64,000 nucleotides of DNA from Rhynchopus sp. YZ270_cl-10 (taxonomy: Eukaryota): NCBI GenBank assembly GCA_964035575.1, contig OZ037839.1, positions 1,302,001-1,366,000 of the forward strand. Direction: 5' to 3'. Positions 1 to 10,793 of the stretch are shown here, piece by piece. Position 1 is the first letter of the stretch. Every line of letters begins with the position of its first letter. The notes under the pieces were generated by a model. That model was given only the letters and a program-made list of their open reading frames with translations. It had not been told where the DNA came from and made no database searches. The position numbers and the translations under genes are program-made.

Positions 1-742
1 ACTGCACGTGCGACCTGGTTGTTACACTTCTTTGGCGGGGAACTTGCGCAACAGCGTTTGTGCCTTGATGAAGGGGAGTAGGGTCCATGTTCCCCCGTTG
101 TGCAGCACACCGAACTTCACGCACTCGGCAAAAGTGGATTTCTCGGCGGTCATGGCCCCAAAGGTTCCTGGCGAAGCCACGGTACGCAACATTTCAAAAA
201 AAAATGCGCTTAAAATTGTACATTTTGGGGTGGGTTGCAAGCTTGCGCCGCAGGCGCACGGTACACTACTTTTATTATTTCGCCATGCTGCATGCTTCCT
301 TTTGCTTCGGCGTTTGACTAATTGAGTCGCGTTCTGGCTGTGACGGGGTCACTTTGTTCATGAGGCCATTTCTGGTCACTCTCAGAGGCTCGTGTGAGGT
401 ACCAAAAAAAATCGATTTTCTCCCAAAATTGCAAATCCCATTTTTTTTTTTTTTTTCCAGACCGGGTTTTTCGCCAAAATCCCATTTTTTTTTTTTGACC
501 CGGTTTTGAAACCGGGTCAATAGACGCACCTCCACCCCTGTCCTCAAACCGAATTTTTCGGTTTTTGAAACCGGTAAACCGATATTTTAAACTCCCCTGC
601 TAAAAGTGCAAGAAATTAGGAACCTCATTTTATTTTTTACCCTCCCCCAGCAGGTTTGAATGGTGTACTTCAGACTTTGCTTCTTACTCAAATATTCTCT
701 ATCGCCCCTCACCATACCCAATACCCCTCTTCCACTCTTCAG

Positions 743-2260
743 GTGATGGGCGTCTCTACCGACAAAAACAAAGTCAAAGCGTTCAAAGCGCGGGTCATAC
801 CAAAGGACGCAGAGGATGTATGTGCATGCTTGTATATATCTACTAGAGTTATTGCCTTTTACTCTTTTCTTCGCCTTTTTTTAAATATACGGATTGATTT
901 ATCTATCTTTGCATGAGCTTGGCTGAGCTGCATTTGGGCAGGTTTCAACTACTCTTTTTCTTTATATATTTTGCCACCTATGTATTGCTGGCACACTTTG
1001 TTACAACAATCCTAACGTGCAGAGCGACCCCATTCCATCAAAAGCTCTCTCACCAACCTTTTATTTATCTCACTTTCTATTTTATGATGCAATGCTAAAA
1101 GGAAATTGAACACCGTACCCTACTCCCATCCTTTTTCCATTTTTCTAATCCGGGGTGGGTTGGAGTAGAGCCACATTTCACCGACAGGTCGAGGTGTGTG
1201 CGTTTCACCACAACCTCTCCCTTTTGTCTTTATTGTTTTTATTGCTTTATTGTTTTCGGGGGTGGGGGAAAAACATAAAAAGGAAAAGTAGGGTGCGGTT
1301 TCAATTTCCCCGGATTAACTTTAGAGATACCACAAAATGGATTGTAGGACTGCATGGTTGGGTGTCCACCCCCCCGTACCAAAGGTACACTGTTCACGAG
1401 AGCTTTGTATTGCAACTCTACTTTATATTAATTCACTCTATCCGTCCCCTCCCCACTACCCTCAGGAATCACTGATCTGGGACCTGCTGCGAGACAACCT
1501 GCTCTTCAGCCACTTGGACCGCAACACAATGAAGGTCGTTGTCGGTGCATGCATCAAACGTTCCTTCGCTAAGGGCGACAAGCCTATCGAGGAAGGCGAC
1601 GAGGGCAACACACTCTACATCATCGTAAAGGGAACATGCAATGTGCTGAAGCGTGGGATGCTTGTCTGTCAAAAGGCGGAGCGGACTGTCTTTGGGGAGT
1701 TAGAGATTATGTACAGCACACCCTGCGTGGCGACGATCCAGGTGGACAGCGAGGAGTTGGTGGTGTTTTGTCTGGACCGTGATACCTATGCGAATTTGGT
1801 GGTCGGATACAGCATCAAAAAGCGTGAGGAGTATGAGGAATACCTCGGCCGCGTGGAGTTCCTTTCGACGCTGTCGACATACGAGAAGCTGCAGCTCTCA
1901 GACGCAATGACCACAGACGAATACGAAGAAGGTGAGTACATCATCAGACACGGTGACATCGGGGAGTGGATGTTCCTTGTTGTCTCAGGCGTCGTCGAAG
2001 TTATTGGGCGAACCCAGGGCATTCAGTCGAACGTCTGTGAATTTAAAGAAGGCGACCACTTCGGGGAGCTAGAATTCCTGAACAACCACCCATGTGTAGC
2101 AGACGTGCGTGCCAAGACCCATGTCCGCACGGCGAAGGTGAACCGCAAACACTTCGAGTCCTGCTTCGGCCCGGTCCTGCACATCCTCAAGCGGAACGTT
2201 CAAGACCCCACCTACGAGTACTATAAAAAGCAGCTCGAACTTGCAGGGGTGGATCAATGA
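743..2260 (+). CDS. PKAR: Protein kinase A regulatory subunit, kinetoplastid-like (5'-partial; exons 743-817 and 1466-2260)
   Basis: Exon 743-817 (VMGVSTDKNKVKAFKARVIPKDAED) joins in phase 0 through a GTATGT...CAG intron (818-1465) to ESLIWDLLRDNLLFSHLD, matching the PKA-R linker pattern VIPKD...NxLFSHLD. Two CNB domains (FGELEIMYSTPCVATI, FGELEFLNNHPCVADV). Upstream exon(s) not located. Confidence 0.88.
818..1465 (+). other. Canonical GT-AG spliceosomal intron in PKAR
   Basis: Donor GTATGT at 818, pyrimidine-rich acceptor ...ccactaccctcAG ending at 1465; removal restores a continuous PKA-R reading frame. Confidence 0.8.
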
Positions 2261-3966
2261 GGAGTGAGGGAGGGAGGGGAATAGTGATAGCGACGGAAGG
2301 GCTCGTCTTGATAGGCTGTAAACCAAACAGAATATTTTTTCAAAAAAAAAATAATTAAAAAAAAAGAATATGGCGTCAGGCTTTGACATTTTGCGTACAC
2401 ATCTTCACCCAGTATTGGTGCCAAAGTGGTTTGTCGACACAGCAGAAAAAATAAATATGCAGTACAGTGGAGTTCATCCTCGGGTGTCTACACTAATACA
2501 ACCAAGGTTTCAAAGGAAAAAAAATAATACTCCCATCCCCTTCTTCTCTTTGCCGCATAAAAAATACAGTATTCCCCATTATTCCACAAATGAACGTGTC
2601 ACACAGTGTGTGGCCTTCTTGGTTTGAGTTTATTTATTATTACTTTTTTTTTGGCTAAGGAGAGACTCTAGGCTCACCTTAGCAACTTTTCCCTCCTTTT
2701 TTTTTTTTTTCTGTTTTTTTTCTTAATTTTAAAGTTTTCATTTTCTCTGCTGTGGCTCTCTCCCCCTCCTTCGTGCATTTTTTTTTCTTCTCTATAAAAA
2801 AAAGCAAGGGTACTTTTTTAGCACCCTCTGTACCTTCTTTTCATTAGAAAAAGAATGTATATGAAACAATCCTCCGTTCTCCTTTTAATGATGCCAAAAA
2901 CCTCTTCTTACCGATAGCCCTGGAGCAGGATTTACCCCTATATAAGCCCCTAAGCTGAGGGATGAGAGAAGATACAAGCGACGCAGTTACCCACCAAAGA
3001 TGGGAACTCAGGCCATTGATTGCCGACACACCAATACATCAGAGCTGCACAATACCTGTTGCCGTTTACCCCCCTCCTCCTCCTCCTCCTCACAGCTTTC
3101 TTACCAGAACTGCGTGGGGAGAGGTGGGTGAGGAAGTGTGTTTTTTTTTTTTTGTTTTTTTTTTTTTTGGATGTGGTTCTGCAATGAACGTAGGAACCAG
3201 CATGGTTTCAGGTGCACCCACGGTACACTGCGGGTCACTCACCAAATGCACAACATAAAAGGGCTTTGTACCGTAGTCGTACAAATGTTGGAACACCGGG
3301 TTGTGTGACTGAATGGGGGGCGCAAAAAGTGCGAATCAGCCCTCGATTTTTTTTTTGGTGTGGGGTGAAAAAGGTGCGCAAGAAGCCCTTCAGCCACACC
3401 ACTGGGGGGAGGTTTTTTTTTTTTTTTTTTAAGCGTTCCAACATTTTTATGACTACGGTATTTCAACTTTCTTTACCTCATTTGCCTTATACTATTTAAG
3501 CCCCCTCCGCTCCCGCCTTCTGGTCACCCATTGTCATGTTTACTAAAGTGACTAAGTACGTGCCGCAAACCTTTACCTTTTACTATTTTTTTCTGTGCAG
3601 TAAAGTTGAAAAATGCAATACCAAAAAAGGGGGTTTCTTTTCCAATCTCTTCTTCCCCCCCTCCTCCTCCTCCTCCTCCTCCTCCCGGGCATTGTGTTCC
3701 GGTCGTCACCTCCCCTCCCCTCCTCTCCCCCCCCTCGTTTCGCTTTTTTTCTTCTCCGGAAACAACACAACCATTACAGATGAGGGTTCCTCCGAGTCGT
3801 GGCATTATTCCTCCCGCTCCCGCTCCCCTCACTCTTCCCCTCCCCCCTCCTCCTCACAATCAAACTTGTTTGAGCAGCTTTGCTGCAGATTGGGGTGTTC
3901 GAATAAAAGGACAAAACCTCCTCCCCTTCCTCCCCTTCCTCCCCTTCCTCCCCCTCTTCCCCCCAC

Positions 3967-5310
3967 ATGGAGATTACACTAGAATGCAACACCACTGGGG
4001 TCAAATACGAAGTTACTGTACTAGTTGATGATAGTATTGGCGATGTGTGCGCACGGCTGGCTCTGTTGGTAGCTGCCGACACAGACCCTACCGGCGCTGC
4101 CCCCAGCTTTGAGGCAACCCTTCTGGGCCCAGGGGGTGCGCCCCTCGATGCGTCTGCTGCCGTGAGCTCTTGTGGGATCAGCGCAGGGGACTGTGTCGTG
4201 TTCTCCTGCTCGGTTGCGGTGCTGTGGGCGGAGGGGGAGCTACACCTGGAGGAGGTGCGGGCAGCGCGGCCACGTGCCTTGGCGTTGTCCCCATGCGCTC
4301 GATTCTGCTGTCTTGCCTGCATCGACGGATCCTGGGGTGCAAAGGTCATCCACCTCGAAAGCAGCGCCCTTCTCTATACCTATGCGGGTGTTGTCAATCG
4401 CGCTGCAATGACGTCAGCAGAGCTCCTCGTTTCAGCGCCTGATGCAGGCGACCTGGTGGCAATCGACTTCACCACGGGGGTGAGCAGCTCTCTCGACCTT
4501 GGTGCCCCGATACAGTCGATCTGCTGTCAAGGTGGGGTTGTGTTGGTAGGGAGTTATCAGGGTGTGTTCATATTGGAGAATGCGGGTGGGTGGGGTGTGG
4601 TGCGGTCCTTTGCGCTGAATGTACGTCTTGCTGTGGTGTCGCCCGCGCGGGATTTCTTTGTTGCGGCCACGGCGTCTGGGTTTCAGGCATTCAACTTCTA
4701 CGACGGTAGCGAGGTCACCAGGTATGACCCAGAGCTCCCACGGTACCATATGCCAGCAGTGTCGTTGTGTGGTGAAATGGTCGCCTTCTCGACGAATGAC
4801 AAGCGGACGGTGCATGTGGCCACAACGGGTGGTGCTGCAGTCGCGAACCTCGCAGGGCACACAGAGAAGGTCACAGCACTGTCCTTCACCCCAACCTCGC
4901 TCTTCTCCGGGTCATGGGACGCAACGATCCGTGAATGGGACCTCCACACCCATGCCTGTCTCCGCGTCCTCCATACGGACAAGCCGGTTTGGTCGCTCTG
5001 TGTTTCGCGGGGTGGTCTCGTGTGGGTGACCTCCAGTGTCGTGCTGTGCACAAAGCGTCTGGGGTCCGAGGCGGAGTGCCCAGGGGAAAGGGAAGGGGAA
5101 GGGGAGGTTGCAGACAGCTGCAGTGTGGAGTCCGCGGGTGTTCGTGTTCGTGGTGGTGTTGCGGTGCCTGACCTTCCGCCCCCACGCCCGTTTGCTGGAG
5201 GTGATGGAGGCGCTCCTAACCCATCCGACACTCAGAGCAACGCCCGCAGCTCTCGTCCACACCAGACAGAGCATGGCGCCCGCTCAGGATGCGGCTGTGT
5301 CTGCAGTTAA
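3967..5310 (+). CDS. N-terminal ubiquitin-like domain + WD40 beta-propeller protein with C-terminal Cys-rich CaaX-like tail
   Basis: N-terminus has a Ubl-like pattern (MEITLEC..YEVTVLVDDSIGDV..LALLV...GISAGDCVVF); clear WD repeat LAGHTEKVTALSF...FSGSWDATIREWD; ends SGCGCVCS; long pyrimidine tract upstream. Confidence 0.75.
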   Translation: MEITLECNTTGVKYEVTVLVDDSIGDVCARLALLVAADTDPTGAAPSFEATLLGPGGAPLDASAAVSSCGISAGDCVVFSCSVAVLWAEGELHLEEVRAARPRALALSPCARFCCLACIDGSWGAKVIHLESSALLYTYAGVVNRAAMTSAELLVSAPDAGDLVAIDFTTGVSSSLDLGAPIQSICCQGGVVLVGSYQGVFILENAGGWGVVRSFALNVRLAVVSPARDFFVAATASGFQAFNFYDGSEVTRYDPELPRYHMPAVSLCGEMVAFSTNDKRTVHVATTGGAAVANLAGHTEKVTALSFTPTSLFSGSWDATIREWDLHTHACLRVLHTDKPVWSLCVSRGGLVWVTSSVVLCTKRLGSEAECPGEREGEGEVADSCSVESAGVRVRGGVAVPDLPPPRPFAGGDGGAPNPSDTQSNARSSRPHQTEHGARSGCGCVCS

Positions 5311-5984
5311 AAGGCCAGGGTGGGGTGCACGCCCTCCGTTCTTCGGTGTGGGGTGTGGCAGAAATGTTATGATGTGCATGTGCAATACTTCAAAAGTATG
5401 GCATACAAAAGAAGGGCAAATTACCCTAACATACCATCCACCAAACTTCTTGGAGTAGTGCAGTTGAAAGGGGCGGCGGTGCAGAGAGAGAGAGAGAGAG
5501 ATAAATCTAAAAAAAATAGTGGAGTTCATCCTCGGGTGTCTACACTAATACAACCAAGTTTTCAAAAAAAAGGAAAACACCACAAGGTAGAGGGACAGCG
5601 TACAAATAGTGCAGCGCAACACCCCACCTCGTGTGTGTTCGAAATCAGTTTTGAGCAATTTGTGTGGAATATTGCACACCACGATAGTGATGTTGATGGT
5701 GAGGTGCGGGACGTGTTTGCACACTCTGCCCCGCTTTTTTTTCCCGTCCATTTTGACCTTTTTTTCTTCCTCTTTTTTGGTACACTGTTAGGGCTTTGTA
5801 TTTCAAGTCAACCTTTTAAGTGATATCTAAAACTTACTCTTCAAAAAAGCAGTGGCAGGTCTCCTGTCTAGAACTCAAACATTTTTTTTCCTTGCACATT
5901 TTTCCCCCCCACAGCCTCTTACACATACAACTACCGCATTGTGAATTAGTAACCCCAGAACCCCCTCCTTCCGTCTGCCGTTTC

Positions 5985-8045
5985 AAACCCCACTGCCAGA
6001 CGCAGGTACCACCTCGCGTCCAATGCTAATGACCCACGCAGTAGGGGGGTTTTTTGATGTGTACACGTGGGCCAGTTGACACTTTCAGATGGTTTGCATC
6101 CACTCAAAGTCATGTCAAGGCTGTGTGTCTTTAGTGTACATGAGTTAGGGCCAGGAGCAAGGGTGTAGCGCTTCCAGAATGAATGCAGGAGGAGATGGTG
6201 TGGGTGGTGGGATGGGTGGATGGCAAATATGGCATGCTCAGAGGGGTTATTGCGGCATCTGTAGGGTGGGGATGAAGCAGTTGGTCTCCACGTGTAGCGG
6301 GTATGGGGAGGTGGTGGTGGGATGGGCGGGGATGGCAAACACGGACGATGTGTCTCAATGCGAGTGGCGAGTCTATGTGACGTACAGACGTAAGCGTAGT
6401 GTACTGGGTGGGTGGTGGTGAGGGGGTCACCAGTGGTGTAGAGGTGCGATGGCTGTGCTGCGATGCGGGGATGAGACACGCAAGGGTGCTGGTGCATCGC
6501 AAAGGGTCAAACGCAGGTGTTCGTATTTCTATGATCACCTTCGCACTTTGTCCCGCTTTTTTGTGGTTACGCGGCCCCTCTGCCTGCTGACACCCCGTCA
6601 GCAACCTTGGGTAGAGTTCATCTACACAGGACGCTTTGGCAGAGTGGGTCTTTGCATTTTGCAATACCTTACAACCTCTTGTTTCCCCGAGTGGAGCAAG
6701 CAGTCTTTTTCTGGGTTAAGACCAGGCAATGCTTGAGTGCGACACAGGCTTCCCCTTCAGGGAGGACCGAGAAGAGCGTTGGGATCCGTGAGAGTGTGGT
6801 GCGCTATTGCGGTGAGGTGCAAGGCTGGTTTGGGGAAATGGGGAGTGGTGGTGGGGGGGCGGTGACACAGTGTGCGCCTTGGTGGTGCACGGCAGCCGTG
6901 TATGCTAGACGGGGTGGGTGGTTTGGCGCTGGTGTTGTGTTGTTGTGGGTGGATGGTGTTTGCAGCCTGGCACACCACCTGCACACTTGGTGTTCAAGGT
7001 GTTGCACTGTTTTGTTGCCTACGGAACCGGCAAGCATGCGATGTAGGGAGGGGAGGCTCCAAGCAGGGTGCAAGCGTGCAGTGTTGTTGGGTTTGTTTGA
7101 AGCGTTGTGTGTCACGTGAGGAGGGAGAACGAGCGAAGGGCGTCACGTATTGTGTGTTGCGGGTGGTGTCTAGGTGAGAGGGTTGTGCTGCTTGCGGGTG
7201 GGTGGGGTAATGATGGCTGTGTTCTGATCAACACACCACACTGCATGCCATGCACAATGCAGTCATTTGGGGTGGGTGTGGGTCAATGAGAGCCAGGTGG
7301 AGAGGGACAAACAATAAAGTAGAAAACGGAGGCCCTCATTTGAAAGGCTCCAAATCTGCTGATGAGAACGTTGGGGATGGGAGGGAACCTTTGCGTTGGG
7401 TAGAGTTCATCTACACAGGATGTGGCATTCACGCTGTGCACAGCAGCTCTTCGCATTCGTTGTCGACAACTGCGACTGGCACAGAGCGTCGTGCAGTGCG
7501 GTTGGAGGACGACCGAGGGGGGTGGGGAGGTGTGGTCAGGCGACAGGTGTTCGTGCACTTGTCTGGCACCTCAGCTTGTCTGTGGTTGCAGCACGAGAGC
7601 ACCTTTGGCGTTCTTCCTTGCGTGGGGTGGGTGGAGACAGCGGAGTGTGCAGGTGGAGGCAGTGGTGCTGCGGCTTCGCGGGACAGTGCTTTGTGGTGTG
7701 GGGTTCCTCACCCATCACTACAAGGCGTGGCTCTCTTGGCAGTGCGGCTGTATCGCTGCCAGGACCGGGGGAGGATGTGGCCACAACACACGAACAGGGA
7801 TTCCATGCAAGGACAGGCATGTGACGCAGTGTACGGCAGATGCAGCAGAGCATTGGGAGCAGTGCTGAGGGTGGGGGCAGTGCTGTGGACAGCATGGGAG
7901 GGACACAGCGGGTCTGTGGTGGGTCAAAGCAGAGCTTTCAACTCGTGATGGCTTGGTGCTTTTTGTCCCGTTCTTTCTTTTGCGTGAGGCTCGTTGGTGT
8001 TGCAAGGTTGCTTCTTTTGTGTCTGCTTGCTGACACCCCGTCAGC
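5985..8045 (+). repeat. Tandem non-coding GT-rich units with shared hairpin termini
   Basis: TTGGGTAGAGTTCATCTACACAGGA at ~6607 and ~7396; TGCTGACACCCCGTCAGC at ~6585 and ~8028; GGGTCAAA...TTTGTCCC stems at ~6504-6554 and ~7921-7969; no credible ORF. Confidence 0.6.
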
Positions 8046-8108
8046 GGCCCAGGCTGCAACACACATTCCACTCACAGAGCACTGCCCCTTTTATTCCTTT
8101 CCAACCAA

Positions 8109-10793
8109 ATGCATATGTGGCGCGCACCTCAGCCACACCGCTTCCTCTTCTTTATGTGTTTGCTGACCTTTTGCAGTGCGCATGCTGCGGGTGTCTTGAG
8201 TGAGCGAGAGTATCTTGATTTGAGCGAAAAGTTTCGTGAAGGTGTTGTGAAGGCGAAGGACGTAGTGCGGGATGTGAGACACCCTGTTGCACTGGACGTG
8301 GACGTGACGCATACGTACGACACGAAGTTTGCAGTGATGGAGTTCATGAGCAGGGCGGTCGTGCAGACACTGCGGAGTACACTACGCGTGGCTGGCGCTG
8401 ACGCTGCTATCGACTCGATAGGGGTCGACGCGGACACCATCAAAATTGTGTTCACTGTGCAAGCAAACTGCACCTTCTACCAGGAACGCTGGCGCCACCT
8501 CGGGCCCCTGCAGCACCTTCTGGGCATGCGCCCCGACGTCTTCGTATGGCGCCTGGCCACCTCCGTGCGGCTTGCTGTGCACACCCGCCACCGCATCGTC
8601 TCTGTCCCCATCGATGTCGTGGACGTGACAGAAGTCTTCACCTACCGGCACGACTTCCCGCACCCTGCCGTAGGTGAACCCTCCGTGGCCGAGCTCGACC
8701 TGAGGTGGCTTGCAGGCGGCAACAGCACCTTCCGTATCAACCGCACACGGGCCTCCTGCCACACCCCATCGCGCAATCGTGAGGTGCTCGAGCTGCTCGC
8801 AGCAGTGCAATCAGTTGGCGTCTGGGCCAAGGAGGTGCAGAGCCTTGCGGACTGGCGGGGGACGGCAGGGGAGGTGTCGCTATGCGGGGCGCGTGCCTTT
8901 GTGCCCGTTCTGCCTCTTGTTGATATGCGTGCCGAGGAGGCGCCGTACACAGCACTGCCTGAGATGCGTCTGTGGGAGATGCGTCAGGAGCAGGAGGCGT
9001 CCCTGCGCACCGAGCTTGCCGCATGCCAAGCACGCCTTGAAGGAGAGCCCGCGGTACGTCCCATCATTGCAACGCTCGCACGCTACCTCGTGCGTGTGGC
9101 TCAGACGTATGTCGATGCCTTCCACTACATGGAGGCGCTCATCCGTGAGCAGATGGTCCGCGCCCTCGGCACGCACATCACGGAGCAGGAGTTCCAAGCC
9201 TTCCTCGGACAGCACATCCGCAGCATCTTTGCAGACAGCTACACAGTGAAGGGGTTCAGCCGTGCCGTGCGTGTGGAGGGGCGTTCGCCTGAAGGCAGCA
9301 TCGCGATTGTGAGGGGCGGGGGTGCTCGATCTGCGACGGCGATTGACACGATTGCGAAGACGGTAGATGTGCAGGTCGCCTGCCGCCTGCACGCAGCAGC
9401 GGCAGCTACCCTTGCCGTGCCGGTCCACGTGCACACCGCTGTGGAGTACTCCTTTGCTGGAGGTGCGGTGGGCATGCTGCGTCTCGTGGCAGATGCCCGC
9501 GAGTTCTCAAGCTTCGTCCTCATCATCGGGACAGTGCAAGCAGGGGAGCTCACACCCACTGCAGCGCTGGTCGTAAAGAACCGCGCCACGCTGGACATCC
9601 CACTGCACCTCGAGACAATACCAAGCGCCTCTGCGTTCAAGGAGTACACAAGCTCGCTCAGCCCCGAGCAGCGGCAGTTTGCTCAGGCGTACCGACGCCT
9701 ACAGCTTTCAAGCAGCATCTTCGCGGCCTCTGTGGTGCAGCTCAAACCCCTTTTCGAGAGTGCACTGGGCCTGCCTGCAGGGAGCCTGACGAAGGACTTC
9801 CAGCTCATGCAGCAGCTCTCCGACCTCTTCGTGGAGCACGACATGAGCGCCTCTCTCCTGGCATACGACCCCATCGTGGACGGGCCTGCAAGCGACACCG
9901 TTGCGAAGGTAGCATGTGTACGGCGCCATGTGGAGACCGTCCTCTCCTACATCCACGACGAGCAGGCGCGTCACAAGGCATCTACAGAGACACCGAAGGC
10001 GGAGCCACATGATGCACACGAGGGCATGCACCACCAGGTGCACAACCACAACCACAACCACAACAACGTCCAGGAAAAGGATGCTGATGAGGGGGAGAGA
10101 GACGGTGGCGGTGTAATGAGCATGATGGCAGAAGCAGTGGGGCGTGTCACCGCAACTGCAACTATGCCAATGATGGCAAAGATGGAGACGAAACGACGCG
10201 TACAGCACGTCGCAAGAGATCTGGCAGCAAAGACTGCAGTGCAGACAGAGATGAAGGTGGTGCCAGATGCCCCGAGTGTGGGAAGCGGTGCAGGGGAGGC
10301 CAAACGTGACGCGGCACAACGCAGTGCGCACAGCCCCGCGGACGACGTGATAGCAAGCCTTCCCCACCAGCTGGACGCAGGGATGGCCAAGTACGACCTC
10401 GCAAACTCACTCCGTCCCACCATCATAACGCCTGGTCAGAGGTGGAAGCTGCGTTCGCGCAAAAGCATTGCGGCGCCTTTTGTGGATTCTGAGCTGACCT
10501 CCGACGAGAGGCTTATTGAAACACAGCGAACGCTTGGGCTTCTCGACACTCTGACGCAGGGTGGGGTGCGTGCGATTACAGAAGGCGAACTGCACATCAT
10601 TGTGCCTCTGACACACGTCTTCGACACAGCGCTGCTTGAGTACGCCGTGGTGCGCAACAAGAACCCCCTCCACCTTGTTGAAGAGTCTGTCGTTCTCGCT
10701 GCCTCCATCCTGCACAACATCTCCACCAGGGCAGTGCTAAAGCCCGAGCACTTCAACCGGATGCAAGAATTTGCACCATACCTTTTCCTCTGA
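8109..10793 (+). CDS. Uncharacterised 894-aa protein with predicted signal peptide
   Basis: Long uninterrupted GC-rich ORF; hydrophobic N-terminus (FLFFMCLLTFCSAHA); well-formed blocks such as AREFSSFVLIIG, IPLHLETIPS, SLSPEQRQFA, LRPTII; His/Asn low-complexity linker. Confidence 0.8.
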   Translation: MHMWRAPQPHRFLFFMCLLTFCSAHAAGVLSEREYLDLSEKFREGVVKAKDVVRDVRHPVALDVDVTHTYDTKFAVMEFMSRAVVQTLRSTLRVAGADAAIDSIGVDADTIKIVFTVQANCTFYQERWRHLGPLQHLLGMRPDVFVWRLATSVRLAVHTRHRIVSVPIDVVDVTEVFTYRHDFPHPAVGEPSVAELDLRWLAGGNSTFRINRTRASCHTPSRNREVLELLAAVQSVGVWAKEVQSLADWRGTAGEVSLCGARAFVPVLPLVDMRAEEAPYTALPEMRLWEMRQEQEASLRTELAACQARLEGEPAVRPIIATLARYLVRVAQTYVDAFHYMEALIREQMVRALGTHITEQEFQAFLGQHIRSIFADSYTVKGFSRAVRVEGRSPEGSIAIVRGGGARSATAIDTIAKTVDVQVACRLHAAAAATLAVPVHVHTAVEYSFAGGAVGMLRLVADAREFSSFVLIIGTVQAGELTPTAALVVKNRATLDIPLHLETIPSASAFKEYTSSLSPEQRQFAQAYRRLQLSSSIFAASVVQLKPLFESALGLPAGSLTKDFQLMQQLSDLFVEHDMSASLLAYDPIVDGPASDTVAKVACVRRHVETVLSYIHDEQARHKASTETPKAEPHDAHEGMHHQVHNHNHNHNNVQEKDADEGERDGGGVMSMMAEAVGRVTATATMPMMAKMETKRRVQHVARDLAAKTAVQTEMKVVPDAPSVGSGAGEAKRDAAQRSAHSPADDVIASLPHQLDAGMAKYDLANSLRPTIITPGQRWKLRSRKSIAAPFVDSELTSDERLIETQRTLGLLDTLTQGGVRAITEGELHIIVPLTHVFDTALLEYAVVRNKNPLHLVEESVVLAASILHNISTRAVLKPEHFNRMQEFAPYLFL

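Noticed and set aside
6005..6040. CCACCTCGCG...GCTAA suggestive of an HDV-like ribozyme
   Set aside because: The nested double pseudoknot could not be built; a simple hairpin GACGC-AGGT/ACCT-GCGTC explains the sequence.
6131..8071. Many overlapping 100-230 aa ORFs
   Set aside because: No recognisable domains; expected by chance in stop-poor GT-rich sequence.
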